Source of the DNA: Squalus acanthias
Lineage: Eukaryota
Assembly (NCBI GenBank): GCA_030390025.1
Contig: CM059433.1
Span: 5,394,001-5,458,000, forward strand
Direction: 5' to 3'
DNA length: 64,000 nt
Every line of letters begins with the position of its first letter. Within the stretch, counting starts at the first letter, position 1. The translations under genes and the position numbers were made by a program. Positions 47,661 through 61,344 of this stretch are shown one piece after another. The notes beneath the pieces were generated by a model, which was not told where the DNA came from, did not search any database, and worked only from the letters and a program-made list of their open reading frames with translations.

Positions 47661-48929
47661 TGCTCTAAAGTGCCAATTTGCGGGACGGTAGAGCGCATAT
47701 TTGTGCCAGCAGTTCTCAACATGGCAAGCTCCCAATCTAGGTTTTAACTCCAGGGCAGGAATGCCGCAGTGGGAGGCCCAGCTGATTTTAACAGCCAGGC
47801 CTCATTAAAATGCCGCCGGCCAACTTCCCGACCAAAGTGGCCAGGAAGTTGGCGGGAAGTAGCTGCCTGGCTCTCTGAGGCCACTGGCTGAGCCCACGAT
47901 AAGTGCGGGGACGGTGGGGGTTGAATGGGGGGGGGGGGGGGTGGCGTGGCAGTGGGTTGTGGGACATGGGGTGGTTTGGGAATCGGGTCAGAGGCCAGCA
48001 GGCAAATCTTCAGCCCCATTTTAACTGCCTACCTCCGCCTGGTTTCCAATGGGTGGGGGGAGTAAAAATCCCCCCCCCTTCGGCTGTAGATAGAAGGAGC
48101 AAATTTATTGGCAGATTCACAAGTAGTAGGGAGTAAAGTTAGATCCAACTATACAGCAAAAATTACTACTATGTGTCCAACTGGGCAAGGTTCTTGTGGG
48201 GAGAAACCAGGATATATTAAAACTTAATTTGTCTTTGATCAATTTTAGAGGTACAGGCTGCTGAACGGCTAAGAGGAGGAAGTGGGCAGTATTCGCGGCC
48301 TAGAATGGTCAGCCAAAGCTGGGGGAGAGGCTGCCAAAACAGCTGTACTAGAGGTTGGAAAGCAGCTGAGAGGTGAGGGTAAGGAACAGTCATAGCCAGA
48401 ACGGGCTGTCGAAGTTATTGAGAAGGGCAGCAGCTAGCAAGAGTCCCTCAGTGCTGCACTGAAGTGTCATGATATACCAAATTTAATAATGCGTAGATTT
48501 TTGTTTTTAATTTTTTTTTTAACCCTGTAGTTTCCAGCTCAGCTAGAAGAGACAATGAACTCAGCGACCTACTAATGTCTGGGCAAGAGGAGGCTATTGA
48601 TTCCTTTAGCCTACCAAACCACCCATCAGTTTCCTTGCCACGATTCTGAAACTAATAACCGTGTATCCCCTTCCCTTTCTAAAACCTTTCTGTTCCATCA
48701 ACCTCGCTGGTAATCTATTCCACAATACTAAGAAGGTTGCCTAAATTTCCTATTTTTATTTGTACCTTTAACTTAAAACGATGTCCCCGGTCCTTTTAAT
48801 CCAGTATTGAGAGTATTCCTGGGAGCTAATTCTCCATACCTGTGAAAATCTTTAAATGAAGTCCTCCATCATCCTCCTCTTCATCAAAGATTAAAGTCCT
48901 GCGGTACACAATCTTTCCTCATAACTCAA

Positions 48930-49750
48930 CTGCTGACATCCAGGACTGGATGAGCAGATATTTCCTCCAATTAAATATTGGGAAGACTGAAGCCATTGTC
49001 ATTGGTCCCCGCCACAAACTCCGTTCCCTAGTCACCGACTCCGTCCCTCTCCCTGGCAACTGTCTGAGGCTGAACCAGACCGTTCATAACCTTGGTATTG
49101 TATTTGCGTCTGAGCTGAGCTTCCAACCCCATAACAAGACCGCCTACTTCCACCTCCGTAACATCGTCCATATCCACTCCTACCTCAGCTCATCTGCTGC
49201 TGAAGCCCTCGTCCATGCTTTTGTTGCCTCTAGACTTGACTATTCCAATGCTCTCCTGGCTGGCCTCCCATCTTCCACCCTTCAGAATCTTAAGCTCATC
49301 CAAAAACTCTGCTGCCCATATTCTAACTCGCACCAAATCCTGTTCCCCCCATCTCCTCTGTGCTCACTGACCTACACTGGCTCCCAGTCTGGCAATGCTT
49401 CGATTTTAAAATTCTCATCCTTGTTTTCAAATCTCTCCATGGCCTCGCCCCTTCCTATCTCTGTAACCTCCCAGACCTCCTCCAATTCTGGACTATTGTG
49501 CATCCCCGATTTTCATCGCTCCACCGTTGGTGACTGTGCCTTCAGCAGCCTGGGCCCTAAGTTCTGAAATTACCTCCCTAAACCTCTCCGCCTCTCTACA
49601 TCCTTTTAAGATACTCCTTAAAACCTACCTCACCTGTCCTAGTATCTCCTTATGTGGCTCGGTGTCAAATTTTGTTTGATAATCACTCCTGTGAAGCGCC
49701 CTGGGATGCTTTACTACATTAAAGGCGCTATATAAATGCAAGTTGTTGTT
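48930..49750 (+). mobile_element. L2-like LINE 3' fragment
   Basis: FLQLNIGKTE..AFVASRLDYSNALLAGLP peptide; tail GGCGCTATATAAATGCAAGTTGTTGTT. Confidence 0.88.
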
Positions 49751-50744
49751 GGGGCAAGAACACAGCGGTAATTGTTTTTGCTATTGTTGTAGATCAACAA
49801 CCTACTGGCTTCGTTCATTGTTCCACATTGGTTGGATAAGATCAGCATTGAATCTACTAAGACTCCTGGGACTCTTAGATTCTTCCTTAGCTATTTCCAC
49901 ACCATTCATGAAGTACGCAAATCATCTATTTTTGCTTCCTATGTGTAGTACTTTATACTTTTCTGCATTGAGGTCTTCAAATTACAATTCAAGAATTTTG
50001 TTTTCTCTTGGCATTTAGGTAACTATTTTTAATTCTGTTTTACCCTCTACTTTACCACAACAGAAACTTGTCCAGGCAAATCCTTCTTCGTCCTTAAGTC
50101 ACAACAGTCTGACCCTCAGCTTGATCCTTGACCATTATCATTCCTGCTTCATGATTGACTGATTCATTGATTGACTGATTGAGGGATTGACCTAAAGCAG
50201 GGTGGGTTACATCTCTCCCTCAATACAGAATGCTCTGCCATAGTATGGTGCTCCATCTAGCGATCTGAATAGGAACTGCTGAAACCCACTCCCAAACAAT
50301 GATAAATCACAACCACCTTGCTGATTTATTGCATGTGATATTAGGCAGCCACATAAAGTATTTAGAACATACATATAATCATTTACGTATAAATTTGTGG
50401 TAATCTTAAGATTTACAACATTCCAGGGAGCTGCCCCGATAACTCCAGTAGCAGTTTACTTAGAACATATTGGAACGAAGGTATGAATGCAGCATAGTTT
50501 GTTTGTTTTAATGGATTTAGCTGGCATAATGTGTTTAAATGGTCAAGAGCTTTTTTGGAGCAGAAGGTATTAAATCAGCGCACAAAAGGTGCGAAAGGCC
50601 GGAGAGTGTGGAGTTTAGCCTTTTATTATATATGATTGGGACATAAGTACTGATATTTTCACTTGTCTATTTTAATGTATTTTGAGTGTAATTGACTTTA
50701 ATTTACCTCATATTAGTTGTCCAACATAGGAACTGTTTCAGCTT

Positions 50745-51275
50745 AGAATCATAGAATGGTTACAGCACAGAAGGAGGCCATTCGGCCCGTCGAGCCCGTG
50801 CCAGCTCTCTGCAAGAGCACCTCAGCTAGTCCCACTCCCCCGCCCTTTCCCCATAGCTCTGCAAATAGTTTTTCTTCAGGTACTTATCCAACTCTCTTTT
50901 GAAAGCCATGATTGAATCTGCCTCCACCACCCTTTCAGGCAGTGCATTCCAGATCATAACCATTCGCTGCGTAAAAAAGTTTCTTCTCATGTCGTCTTTG
51001 GTTCTTCTGCCAATCACCTTGAATCTGTGTCCTCTGGTTCTCGACCCTTCTGCCAATGGGAACAGTTTCTCTCCATCAACTCTGTCTAGACCCATCATGA
51101 TTTTGAACACCTCTATCAAATCTCCTCTCAACCTTCTCTGCTCTAAGGAGAACAACCCCAGCTTCTGCAGTCTATCCACGTAACTGAAGCCCCTCATCCC
51201 TGGAAAGTAAATCTTTTCTGCACCCTCTCTAAGGCCATCACATCCTTCCTAAAGTGCGGTGCCCAGAATTGGACA
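50745..51275 (-). mobile_element. CR1 LINE 3' fragment
   Basis: ORF 50826..51197. Confidence 0.9.
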
Positions 51276-51861
51276 ACTGTTTATTTTGGGTGGTTTGAGC
51301 CAGTAATAAGTTAATTAATTGGTTACAAAGGTGGTGTGATTATCTGTTCTCCGACTGTTTTATTTGTGGTAGTTGAACCATTGTGTAAATTCAGAGACTG
51401 TTCCCTAACACTCACTTGAATAATTTGCATAAGGAAGCTATTGTCTGCTTTGTGTTGCTGCCGAAGAACGATTTCACCCCAAAAGAGTTTGGTGTTGACA
51501 AACTCTTTTAATCTCTGTGGGTTAGGGGAGAGGCCATTGCAATTCAGAACACAGACACCAAAAAGGCAGACAGCAGCAGGCTGTCAGGAGAGAATCTCTA
51601 CCCTGGTGACAGTTGTAGGGAGAATATACCCATTGTTTATCAATAATAATGAAATTCAAAAAATGCCACAAAATACAACAAAGTACTTCAGCTTTTGTTT
51701 ATGCCTTAATTAGAATTAATATTAATTAGATTTTCTATTAATACTCAAAATCTAGCAGAATGACAGTAAACATAATGAACTGTGGTTACTTCAGTCGGAA
51801 GAAATATTTTATTGCATTATCAATGTTGTTTATCATTTATAATTTATGCTTGTTGCTACTT

Positions 51862-52440
51862 GGGGATGCACTTTGGAAGAAACAGCATGGAGAGGTAGTC
51901 TAATCTAAATGGGGCTATTTTGAGGCGGGTGCGAGAACAGAAGGACCTGAGGGGCATATTCACAAATCTATGAAGGTAGCCGGGCAAGTTGAGAAGGCAG
52001 TTAATAAAGTGTGGGATACTTGGCTTTGTAAATATGGGCATTGAATACAAAAACAAGGAAGTCATGCTAAACCTTCACAAATCTCTGGTTAGGCCTCAGC
52101 TGGAGTATTGTGTACAATTCTGGGCACCGCACTTCAGGAAGGGTGACAAGGCCTTCGAAAGGGTGCAGAGGATGTTTGCCAGGATGATACCAGGAATGAG
52201 GGACTTCAGTTATGTGAAGAGATTGGAGAAGCTGCTATTGTTCTCCTTGGAGCAGAGAAGGTTAAGGGGAGTCCTAACAGAGGTATTCAAAATAATGAGG
52301 AGCAAGTCGGGAGAAATTGGTTCCTCTAGTAAGTGGGTCGGTAACCAGAGGTCATAGATTTAAAATAATTGGCAAAACAACCAGAGGGGAAATTGGGAGA
52401 AATGTCTTCACACAGAGGGTTGTTAAGATCTAGAATGCAC
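51862..52440 (+). mobile_element. CR1 LINE fragment (likely resumes at ~53480-53665)
   Basis: ORF 51989..52357 (VRPQLEYCVQFW); a 3' tail continues after the inverted CR1 at 52451-53475. Confidence 0.85.
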
Positions 52441-52450
52441 TAAAAGGGTG

Positions 52451-53475
52451 AACATAAGAACATAAGAAACAGGAGCAGGAGTCGGCCAATCAGCCCCTCG
52501 AGCCTGCTCCGCCATTCAATAAGATCATGGCAACACGGTGGCATAGTGGTTAGCACTGTTGCTTCACAGCGCCAGGGACCCGGGTTCGAATCCGGCCTCG
52601 GGTGACTGTCTGTGTGGAGTTTGCACATTCTCCCCGTGTCTGCGTGGGTTTCCTCCGGGTGCTCCGGTTTCCTCCCACAGTCCAAAGATGTGCGGGTTAG
52701 GTTGATTTGGCTATGATAAATTGACCCTTAGTGTTAGGGGGGGTTAAATACGTGGGGTTACAGGGATAGGGTGGGATATGTGTCGGTGCAGGCTCGATGG
52801 GCCGAAATGGCCTCTATCTGCACTGTGGGGAGTCTGTGATCATGGCTGATCCAATCTTGGCCTCAACTCCACTTTCCCGCTCTCTCCCCATACCCCTTGA
52901 CTCCCTTGTAGTTCAAATGTCTGTCAATCTCCACCTTAAATATATTCAATGACTCCGCCTCCACAGCTCTCTGGGGAAGAGAATTCCAAAGATTCACGAC
53001 CCTCTGAGAGAAGAAATTCCTCCTCATCTCCGTCTTAAATGGGCGACCCCTTATTCTGAAACTATGCCCCCGAGTTCCAGATACCCCCACTAGTGGAAAC
53101 ATCCTCTCAGCATCCACCCTGTCGAGCCCCCCTCAGAATCTTATATGTTTCAATAAGATCACCTCTCATTCTTCTAAACTCCAATGAATATCGGCCCAAC
53201 CTGCTCAACCTTTCTTCATCCTTCATCCCAGGAATCAACCTAGTGAACCTTCTCTGCACTGCCTCCAATGCAAGTATATCCTTCCTTAAATATGGAGATC
53301 AAAACTGTACGCAGTACTCCAGGTGCGGTCTCACCAGCGCCCTGTAAAGTTGCATCTAAACTTCCCTACTTTTATACTCCATAGCCATTGCAATAAAGGC
53401 CAACATTCCATTAGCCTTCCTAATTACTTGCTGTACCTGCATGCTAACTTTTTGTGTTTCATGTACTAGGACCCC
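52451..53475 (-). mobile_element. CR1 LINE 3' fragment containing a nested SINE
   Basis: ORF 52863..53117; (AACATAAG)n tail. Confidence 0.88.
52529..52837 (+). mobile_element. tRNA-derived V-domain SINE (HE1-like)
   Basis: Near-identical to 31029-31350; flanked by a GATCATGG(C) duplication. Confidence 0.9.
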
Positions 53476-54069
53476 CTAGGTGGTGGAATCAGATTCCATA
53501 GTAACTTTCAAAAGGCAATTGGGCATGGAGAGGAAGAGGACTAATTTGCAGGGTTCTGGTGGAAAAGTTGGGGTGTGGGATTAAATTGGAGAGCTTTTTC
53601 AAAGAGCCGGCACAGGCATGACGGGCCGAATGGCCTCCTTCTGTGCTGTAAGATTCTATGATTCTATTTGATATCAGCTTCTGAAGAAGTCTGCTTGTCT
53701 TCTTTTGATTCCTGATATCCTTCCCAAGCTCTGTTCCCAGCTTAACTAGTTCCAGAACTTCCTTCCTGGATAGTAATTTTAACTTTTCCCTACTCCTTGA
53801 CTAATCTCCTTTACAAGTTTTTCAGCATACCTAGTGAAATCAGGATGCAGCATTAAAGTATGAAGTATCATGGAATTTTTAGTTTAGTTTCCAAAATTAT
53901 TTTCAGTTTGTCTGCGCTTGCATATTAAAATTATGAGTTGCACTTATTGGGAGTTGGAAAGATTTTGTAACAGTTATAAATATTTTTTCTGACCATGGAA
54001 CCACTAAAATAAGTTGTTAATAAAAACCCGTGGAGCAGCCTTTGTGCAGGCACAGCCTTTAATAATGAG

Positions 54070-54760
54070 GGGAGTGAAATTGGGTGCCTTTGCGCCTCCC
54101 GTTAGTGCCCCCGGGGGGCGTTAACAGGGCGCAAATGGCTTTGCGACCGGGCACGGCGTTGACATCGACTCCCGCCATATTGGCGGGAGTTTTGCGGCGG
54201 CGCTACGGCGTTGCGCCCCGATCTCCTTCGCCCGGAGATTGTGACGTCATCGCCGTGCGCATCGCCCCGTTAGCGCCCCGACCCGAAATTGACTTCCGCC
54301 CCCTGCAGCAGTGCCGGGCGAAAACACCGACAGCTGCAGGAGGCGGGCATCGGGCGGTCGGCCGCGTCGGGGGCGATGATTAAAGGCGAGGTGGCCGGTG
54401 AGGTAAGTGGGAAAAAAAACTTACCTTTCCTGTTCTAGTTTTTTTCGCGGGTTCCTGCCCGCGATCGATCACTCTGCCTGAGCGCCGGGCTGATCGCGCG
54501 GGATCGCGGCCGCCCTGGTGGTCCAGGTCGGTACTTTTTAAATTGCAGAGCCTGCAGCGCTGCCCGGCCCAGTGTACAACGCTGCTGAAGTCTCCGCCCC
54601 GCTCTCCGACGTTAGCGCCCTAAGAAGGGAGTGGAGCGCTTGATTTAACGCTCTACTTCCCTATTGGGGCACTAAAACTCAATTTCACAGATGCCAGCGC
54701 TAAAGTTAGCGCCCAGGCAACGTTAGCGCCCCAAAATGGTCGATACCAAATTTTTCCCCC
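54070..54760. mobile_element. GC-rich Harbinger-type MITE
   Basis: GGGAGTGAAATTGG / CCAAATTTTTCCCCC termini; 3-bp TSD GAG. Confidence 0.8.
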
Positions 54761-56326
54761 GAGATATATTCCATTTGGAAGAACTTTCAACCATAACTGT
54801 TCAAATAAAAAAATCCTGCAAGTGTAACTACACCATAAAAGAGCCCAGAAGTGCTTTTGTGAAGACGGGTTTCGTAAAGAAACTGTTTCTCATTTAATAA
54901 TTAGATTTGCAAATATTTCACCTTAGTGTATATATTGACCAAGGGAGAACCTGTCTATGACAATTTATATGCTCCTTTACAAACGTCAATTTTCACATTT
55001 CCTGTTTTGTAGACGCTATCAGGTCTATTTAACAGTAATTGCAAATGAGCCAACATCATCTCCGAAGCTGTAGGATTCAAGCACTGTGGGAAATAGGTTC
55101 ACACCTCTGCACTTATTTTTTCATACTCGATTCTTATCACGTATTTAAGCAGCATGCATTTTATGATAGAAGACTCCTCTCACAGACAAATGTGGCTTTT
55201 TATAGGAGATGTTATTTCCACTGTATGACTAAGCTCATTAATTTTTGTAATCTTTGACTCAGATAAGCACACTGGCAGGTGTCTCTGAATGCAACGCCCA
55301 GACAACCTTCTTTCACCAAACTCAAATTATTTCTGACGGAAAAGCAGGGTTAAATGCATCTTAAATACCGATTTCCAATAAATGCTCCGGGGGAAGTTGT
55401 TAGTCGTAGAAATCAGTGATACATTACACGTTAAATTTAACCCTGTTATGAATGCTTGTTTGTTAAAAGAAACATTTGCTGAAATATGGATTTGTAAACC
55501 TGTATGTTCACTAGTGTTTATTTATGATTAACCGAAGGGAACACTTGGCTCACCACATGAAGTGTTCCAGTTAAAAATGTAATAACCAATTTAAAAACAG
55601 TAAAATACTTAGAAAAAATATTATTTCAATCAGTTCAATGCCTTGAAAGGAGAATCTGCAATATGCTCAGTGTTGTTTTTGACCTGATACAGACTATAGC
55701 CTGGACGTTTTGCTGGGTACTTACTGTACATACCAATGCTTAATTCATTTATAAAAAATTCCTTGCCTGTTCATTTCACCAAGGAAAATGTGAATAGGTT
55801 AATGCGTCCATTATAATAGTGGAGGGAGAAATTTGGTACAAATGTGATAAGTATTCGTAAGATATTGTACAGTGTTATTAATGATATCCTGAAAAAGTGT
55901 ACTGTATAACATTGAACAAAATGTGACATGGATCACAGACATTTCTATTCATAAGAAGCTGAAAAGGAACTAAAATCAAAATCTTGTACTGTTTCTGACC
56001 ATTCCGCCAATATTATATGGCTCAAGAAATGTATGCATGAGCGATTTAACACCAGGGTGAAATTACTCTCTTTGCCAATTTTACCAAAAAATAGACATGG
56101 ATGTAAAATTAATGAAGACAATTAATTATTAGATTTTTTGCATTTGTTTCAAAAATATTTTTGAATTGAAACTGAACTCAATGGACGTAATCGTGATGGT
56201 AATTACTTTTTTTTCCATTTTACTCCTCTGAAATTTCTTCTGCTGGTCGCTTGTTCCTATGGCCCAAGAACCTTGTCACCAGCCTTCTGGATTACACACC
56301 TGCTATTGATCCTGTGTAAAATCATG

Positions 56327-56488
56327 TCACTGAGGTCTAGTATTTGCTGGGTAACTCTCGAACTGGTGACATTTATTTTTATTACCCCGATGAGAGCAAT
56401 AACTGGGGGAATCTGTTTGAAGGTACCCTGCCGGTTGGTAACCGATACTGAGAGACGGTTGAGATGGATATTCAAGATTGCTACTTGC
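56327..56488 (-). CDS. Possible terminal coding exon of an unidentified host gene
   Basis: Acceptor-like TTTGTGTTAAACAG, then ASSNLEYPSQPSLSIGYQPAGYLQTDSPSYCSHRGNKNKCHQFESYPANTRPQ*, followed by ~1.5 kb of repeat-free AT-rich sequence. No homology recognised. Confidence 0.25.
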   Translation of the reverse strand, partial: ASSNLEYPSQPSLSIGYQPAGYLQTDSPSYCSHRGNKNKCHQFESYPANTRPQ

Positions 56489-56847
56489 CTGTTTAACACA
56501 AATAGCCTACTCAAAATAAAACATTCTTCCAATTTTTTTCCCTTTCCCTCCTGATCCATGAAATTCCAAGGGAACTGGCCCCCCTCACTCAAGGTGGCAA
56601 TTCTTTATGTGGTCCTAGAAGATGAGTGTTGGCAAGCTATATAAATGTGGGTATCATCACAGGCATGTCAACACCGTCCACACCCAATATCTACACTTGC
56701 GCTTTCAACAGGGGGAACCTCATTTTATACTCTCATTTGATTTTTTTCCCCCCAACTCATCTTAACAACCAGAGAAAAATATACTGCTTAGTCTTTTTAT
56801 AAGCTGGGAAACCCATAAATTCACAAACTATTTGTTAGAGATTTGTT

Positions 56848-57411
56848 AGTGTCTCACCTCCTGACTCCCCAAAGCCTTTCCACCATCGACAAGGCACAAG
56901 TAAGGAGTGTGATGGAATACTCTCCACTTGCCTGGAGTGCAGCGGCAGCAACACTCAAAAAGCTCGACACCATCCAGGACAAAGCAGCTCGCTTGATTGG
57001 CACCCCATCCACCACCTTAAACATTCACTCCCTCCACCACCGGCGTACCGTGGCTGCAGTGTGTACTATCTACAAGATGCATTGCAGCAACTCGCCAAGG
57101 CTTCTTCGGCAGCACCTCCCAAACCCGCGACCTCTTCCACCTAGAAGGACAAGGGCAGCAGGCGCATGGGAACACCACCACCTCCAAGTTCCCCTCCAAG
57201 TCACACACCATCCTGACTTGGAAGTATATCGCCGATCCTTCATCGTCGCTGGGTCAAAATCCTGGAACTCCCTCCCTAACAGCACCTTCACCACACGGAC
57301 TGCAGCGGTTCAAGAAGGCGGCTCACCACCACCTTTTCAAGGGCAATTAGGGATGGGCAATAAATGCTGGCCTTGCCAGCGACGCCCACATCCCATATAC
57401 GAATTAAAAAA
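56848..57411 (+). mobile_element. 3' fragment of the 22768-26823 LINE family
   Basis: ORF 56843..57430. Confidence 0.9.
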
Positions 57412-57828
57412 AATCCATTTTGTAAAATAATCCATTTAATATTAAACTCTATAGTTAAAAGCCTATAACTAAAAGTCTGCAGTGCAGTGTCCATTACAGA
57501 GGGCTGAAACAGCATGCTTTCTAGATCTGGTTACCCATTATTTACATTTAGAAACTAACTTATCTGTATCTAACCATGATAGCGCATTCTACACCTTGCT
57601 AACCCTAAAAACCAGCCTGCTAACCTCGGGACCACGGATGTCAGAAATGAAGCCTTGTGTGATACAGAGCTTGGACCTTCTTGTAAAGACTGGCGAGGAC
57701 TGGTGTAAAGTGCACCAAGATCATGTGAAATAATATAGTTAGAAAGATGTAAATATGGTGAAATTGTAATATGAAGTGAGATGAGAAAGAGAGTGGAGAG
57801 AAGATTGAGCTCAACTGACTGTAATGTG

Positions 57829-58046
57829 TGACATGAATCTTGTCATTCATGTATGAAGTAATACTGGGCGGCCTGCTGGTGGCGCTGTCCAGGGAGAGTA
57901 TAAATACTCGGGCATGGGCCCAGCTTGCTCAGAACATTCTTTGACAGGAACTAGTGAAGGACACAACTAGATCTCCATGTTGAAAAACAGTTGATTAAAG
58001 CTTTGTTTAACGCTTAGACCAAGTGCCGAGTAGTTTTCTTACGTCA
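57829..58046 (+). mobile_element. 218-bp solo LTR
   Basis: TGAC...GTCA termini with 5-bp TSD ATGTG; TATA GTATAAATA and ATTAAA; homolog at 19973-20190. Confidence 0.85.
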
Positions 58047-58539
58047 ATGTGTGTCCTTCTACAGCAAAGCGTCACTTGTGATCTAGGTGTTGGCTGTGAG
58101 TATGTATGTTCATTTCACCCTTAAAAAATCAGCAAGTGTTTGACCCCTGCGCCCCGAACCCCTATTTCTGGTATATAGACAAGGACTGCAGTTTTTGACT
58201 ATATTATTACAAAAACACATTCTAACATGCTCCTGCATCAAAAACAGAACTGTTGACAATGCACAGTGGATTGATAAGAGAATCACTGATGAACATCCTT
58301 CAACAGAACTCAGGCAGCTGAACTGGAGAAGAAGCTTTTATACAGGTGGCAGGGACGAGCCAGAAGGCAGGAAAGAGGGGGAAACATAAGCTAGAGGTCA
58401 AAAGTTCGAACCTACTAGCTGCTTTTATAAAGAGGCAGCTGCTGAATTTTACAGCCTGTTAACAGATTTTGAAATGCTTGAAGTAGATGTAAAGTGCTGG
58501 ATACATGAAATATTTTGAGATGTTTACCTATCTTGCCTG

Positions 58540-59053
58540 GGATATACTTGCATTGGAGGCAGTTCAGAGACGATTCACTAGGTTAATTCCAGAGATGAGG
58601 GGGTTGAATTATGAGGAAAGGTTGAGCAGGCTGGGCCGATACTCTTTGGAATTGAGAAGAATGAGAGGTGATCTTATTGAAACATATAAGATACTGAGGG
58701 GGCTCGACAAGGTAGATGCAGAGAGGATGTTTCCCCTCGTGGGGAAATCTAGAACTCGGGGGCATAGTTTCAGAATAAGGGGTCGCCCTTTTAGAACTGA
58801 GACGAGGAGGAATTTCTTCTCTCAGAGGATCGTAAATCTGTGGAATTCTCTGTCCCAGAGAGCCGTGGAGGCTGGGTCATTAAGTACATTTAAGGTGGAG
58901 ATAGACAAATTTTTACAAGATAAGGGAGTGAAGGGTTATGGGGAGCGGGCAGGGAAGTGGCTTTGAGCCCAAGATCAGCCATGATCTTATTGAATGGCGG
59001 AGCAGGCTCGAGGGGCCAAGTGGCCTATTCCTGCTCCTATTTCTTATGTTCTT
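58540..59053 (+). mobile_element. CR1 LINE 3' fragment
   Basis: ORF 58505..58966; (TTCTTATG)n tail. Confidence 0.9.
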
Positions 59054-59082
59054 ATTAGAAGGGATTTTAGTTTAATTTATAT

Positions 59083-59562
59083 AAGAGCAGGTCAGAGGCT
59101 GGGTATTCTGCGGTGAGTGTCTCACCTCCTGACCCCCCCAAAGCCTTTCCACCATCTACAAGGCACAAGTCAGGAGTGTGATGGAATACTCTCCACTTGC
59201 CTGGATGAGTGCAGCTCCAACACTCAAGAAGCTCGAAACCATCCAGGACAAAGCAGCCCGCTTGATTGGCACCCCATCCACCACCTTAAACATCCACTCC
59301 CTCCACCACCGGCGCACCATGACTGCAGTGTGCACCATCTACAAGATACACTGCAGCAACTCGCCAAGGCTTCTTCGACAGCACCTCCCAAACCTGCGAC
59401 CTCTACCACCTAGAAGGACAAGGGCAGCAGACGCATGGGAACACCACCATCTCCAAGTTCCCCTCCAAGCCACACACCATCCTGACTTGGAAATATATCG
59501 CCGATCCTTCATCGTCGCTGGGTCAAAATCCTGGAACTCTCTCCCTAACAGCGCTGTGGGAG
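59083..59562 (+). mobile_element. Fragment of the 22768-26823 LINE family
   Basis: ORF 59178..59672, N-terminal part. Confidence 0.88.
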
Positions 59563-61222
59563 TAAATTCCGGTGTAAAAATACAATGGGCCGTAATTTGC
59601 GACCCCCATGGATGTGTACGATGTGTGTACGAGCCCGTAGGGGCTGCGCAAGGTCCGGGTTTAGGCATGTGAAGCGCATGTGCAAAAACCCAGAACTCGC
59701 AATCTGTCAAGAATTTTCATCCCTGGGAAAAGGGCCTCCGCAGGCGGAGAGTTGCGCAATTTGCCCAACTTCTTCCCAGCGAATGGCCGTGAAATTTTTA
59801 CGCCTGGTAAAAGCAGACATAAGGCCTGCTTTTACCAGCATAAGAGTTTTAAAAAATAGAAAAATAAAATTTTATCACTCATTTATTCTTTAAAAACCCT
59901 GTCCAATAAGGTAAGTTTATTTTTCGCCCCGTTAAAACATATAGGGGGAAAAATTCAGTTGCTTTGCACCTCCCATTAGTGCCATAAGAGGGCGCTAATG
60001 GGGCGCAAAGCAACTAGCGCCTGGGCGCGGCGATGTTTACGCCGCTCGTGAAATTGACCAGACATTTTGCGGTGGCGCTAAACACTACCGCCACAATCTC
60101 CTGCGCCTGCAGATCGTGACGTCAGTCGAGTGTGCAACACCCCGGTAGCGCCCCGAACCGGATATTGAGTGGCGCCCCCTGCCTTATCGCCTGCCGCTAG
60201 CAACGACAGGTTGAGGGGAGCGTTTTGCAGTCGGGAAGGGACTGGGGTAGCGCTATTTAAAGGCGGCCGCTTCCTGCCTTTTTTTGTCGGTGACATTTTT
60301 GCACCACGCATTCTGAGAGAGAGAGAGAGACTTCTGGAGAGATTCAACACTGTGTGAAGAAGTTTTGGGTACTGAGCATCACTTTACAGGTTCATTTTGA
60401 TTTGACCTTCCTTACATCGATTCAGAAGAGACTTTGGGGGCTGCACTCTGAGCTCTTTCCCTGGGCCTCTCCATTGTTCTTTCCAGCAGATTTGATGTAC
60501 AGGTCTCTCCAGGCCGAGATTCAAGGCTGCAATGAGCAGGATGTGGATGGAGAGCAAGATCTACCCTCCCCTTTAAGAACTGGCTGGCGCCATTGTGTCT
60601 GTGTTCCATTGCTGACTGACATCACATGAGCTTCGCCAGCGCTCTGAGGTAGCGCCTCGTTCCTCGGCGTTAGCGCCTTAAGAGAGGTGTGTAGCGCTTG
60701 ATTTAGCGCTCCAATCACCTCCAGGGGCGATAGAGGCCAAGTTTGCAGTTGGAGGCGATAATTAGCGCCAGGCACTAATCTTTGCGCCCGGCCGATAATT
60801 GCGCCCCAAACGGGGCAATACCGAATTTCTCCCCCATAAATTTTTTTTCAAAAAATTACATTTTTGTTTGAAATATTTAATTAAATGACATTTTAATTAA
60901 TTTTAAATATGTAATTTAAATTTTTTTAATTCATGTGTTGGTGTATTTTTTAAGTGATCTCCATTCATACTTATGGGGGTTCCGTACGTACACAGTTCCC
61001 ATAAGTATGAATGGGGATTCCCTTCTTTTATTGGTTGGGCCAGCCCATGTGATCCCAGGGGCGCTCGCGAACCGCCTGCGCCCCTGGGATACGGGGCTCT
61101 GCCCGCGCGTACCCGGAGAAGCCCATGGCCGCGAGTCTCCGTATCTCCCGGTAAATGCATAGATTTTTTACAGGTCAGAGGCATCCATCCGCGGGAAGCC
61201 TCCGACCGCAAATTTTGGGGCC
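59562..61222. mobile_element. MITE related to 18920-19684, with a nested MITE
   Basis: Shared AGGCCTGCTTTTACCAG, AT-rich core and GTGATCCCAGGG blocks; right end AATTTTGGGGCC. Confidence 0.75.
59944..60835. mobile_element. GC-rich Harbinger-type MITE (nested)
   Basis: GGGGGAAAAATTC / GAATTTCTCCCCC with 3-bp TSD ATA. Confidence 0.85.
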
Positions 61223-61344
61223 ATTCTGTTTCTATGACGTTCGAATCAGTTCCAAAAGGTAAACTCCCAGAGACAGATAAGTGACCCAGGCTGTTGTTTA
61301 GGGCAAATTAGTTGAAATACCAGATCAAACAGCTGCTTCAGGTC

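Noticed and set aside
47012..47747. Long repetitive ORFs (236, 212, 154 aa) or a CRISPR-like array
   Set aside because: Pure 33-bp tandem repeat with no unique spacers; frames stay open on both strands because the unit is a multiple of 3.
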